This document shows, piece by piece, positions 61,976 through 64,000 of a stretch of DNA of 64,000 nt (its first letter is position 1; each line of letters starts with the position of its first letter). A program made the position numbers and the translations under genes. Origin of the DNA: Rhina ancylostomus (taxonomy: Eukaryota); NCBI GenBank assembly GCA_030265395.1, contig JARFYF010000112.1, positions 62,236,894 to 62,300,893 on the forward strand, given 5' to 3'. The notes under the pieces are model-generated. The model worked only from the letters and a program-made list of their open reading frames with translations, did not search any database and was not told where the DNA came from.

Positions 61976-64000
61976 TTTTATTATCAAAACTATTTTTCAC
62001 ATTTGTATTTGTTTTATTTATCTTAATTTTACTGTTGATTATTGCAGTGTAATGCATGAATGCAGATCAAAACTACTCGGAGAGCGAGGAGTCCCCTTAA
62101 GCAAAGTTCAAATTTAGACATTTTCGTTAAGGTTCAAAATTAGTCACATTTTTAGGTAACACTAACAAATTAAAAACAATGTTGGAAATAGACAACAGAA
62201 TTGTCAGTGTCTGAAAATAAACTGGGTTAATAGTTTGGTTTCCCTTTTCAGAAATCAGTGATCCATTTTAGAATGTTCTATTGTTTCATATATCAGTAAT
62301 TTTTAATTCTTCTTTATTTGTCTCAGTCCTTTACACTATTCCCTCATTAACTGCAGAAGATAAAAGTGAATCAGCGGAAATGAGTGCTTGATGGTCAAGG
62401 CAAACTTGGTTGGCCAAAGGACCTGTTTTCTTGCTGTTTGACCCTATTACTCTATATTCAGACTGTGTTGTACGTGTCCAAAATTAGCAGTGCCTGACAG
62501 GCAGTTCCATATTTGTCTGCTTTCTGGATTTTTTTTAATGCATCCGCTGATAAGTGGGAACGATGCTCAGCATGGCCCTTGCACAGTGAATGCAATGCCA
62601 GATGTTCGTTGCTTTTGAAGAATGATGTGGAGCCTCCTTTTCTGACACCAGCTTCCTGTGTCTTGTGGGAATGCTCATGTTAACTACCGCCAGCAGTCAT
62701 CCATAAATAGTTACTTCAGCAATCAAGGTCTCTATTTTCATTCTTCGAAAACAATAGCCTTTGACCAACAAACAAAAATATAACATTACAATAAACAAAA
62801 CACTATTGTTATCATCAACTGAAGCTTTGATTCACATTAAGGTACAGGATGGGATAATGCTGGCCAAAAGAAACTGCCTTCATACAGCTGTTGCAGGACT
62901 CTTGCAGCCCCACTTGGATCAACATGGTATAGCAGATACAGACCAAATGCTGGTCAATAAGGCTAGTATAGATTAGTACAATGATCAACATCTTAATCTT
63001 AATCGTAACATGGACATAGTGGGCTGAGGAACCTGTTTCCTTGCTGCACAATTCTGTGACTCCATGACTTAAGGATGAGCAACAAATGCTGATGTGTCCA
63101 TCACAACCCTTTGTAATTGGACTCCATATGGAAGCTGAAGGGGCCTTCTGGTGTTCAAAGCCTCTTCAAATTCTATGTCCATACACTGCAGTTCAGAAGT
63201 TGGAGATCGGATGTTGGTGCACCTGAACTCCTGTGTCACTGAACCAGCCACTGACACCAGTGGTAGTTCCGGATTGTATTGCATTGAGGCGCTGAATGCA
63301 TTTTGCATCTGGCCCCTCCGTTTCAACCCAGCATGACTGGCATAAAAGCAACACACCCATTCATTTGAATGGAATTGCTGACTTAAGTTCAGGTTCAGGT
63401 TAAATTTCTCACTTTTCATTATTTCACCTTTTTCTTAATTTTTAAATGTAGCAGGGGTTATGTATTTTTAACATAACTTATTATCTTTTCCCTTCTAATA
63501 AATTTTAAAATAATTTTTACATTTAATTATTTAAATCAATTTGAACTGCTTTTAAATGCCTCTGAAGTATAAGTTGCCTTCGACAGTGATAACCTTTCAA
63601 AGCCATCAGGGAAGAACTGGGAGAGATGGAGCCTCAGGTTCCACCACCTGTGGTCTCGTTACCACATGTTGTCGCTATGCCTCATGTAAGGGTTGCGGAG
63701 TGGAGACCTCAAGGGTGGTCCATCCTGTGGATGTCGCAGCAGATTGGAGCGGACATGGGATTAGTGCAGGGACTGGATGTGAGTGCTTTAGTGCATCAGA
63801 GACATTTTAAGTTGTTTCCAAACCTCACAATTTTTTATAAGAGGTCAGGCAAGTCCAAATTAACTATAGCCTTGAAAATCAATCCAAACCAATGACTAGA
63901 GGTAATTCTCATTAGCTTGAAATGACCTTTTTTTTTGGGTCATTCAAGATCTTTATAACCTTTGAGTGTTCTTTATAACCACCATTTTCTTCAAGTAAAA

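Overview
Vertebrate nuclear DNA, most likely from an elasmobranch (shark/ray). This is inferred from the repeat repertoire: V-domain HE1-like SINEs, Deu-domain SINE, CR1/HER1-like, Rex1/Babar, RTE, L2 and Tx1 LINEs, and Penelope-like fragments. The window is a fragmented scaffold with 14 N-gaps. I see no recognisable host protein-coding gene, rRNA, tRNA gene or CRISPR array. Every recognisable ORF is a decayed transposon fragment, so the region looks intergenic or deep-intronic. Best observations: (1) a short Penelope-derived element carrying a minimal hammerhead-ribozyme core, bounded by a perfect 10-bp target-site duplication, with about ten relatives including head-to-head hairpin copies; (2) two Tx1-like LINE 3' ends stacked at the same AATTAGG site in another LINE's tail, suggesting a site-specific retrotransposon that targets other retroelements; (3) a 169-bp locally templated inverted duplication inserted in a SINE; (4) a second, older inverted repeat of about 135 bp; (5) V-SINEs with two alternative LINE-derived tails; (6) a few minus-strand exon candidates and enhancer-like islands. 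Repeat boundaries are read by eye (about ±20-50 bp). Family names come from remembered motifs, not database searches.
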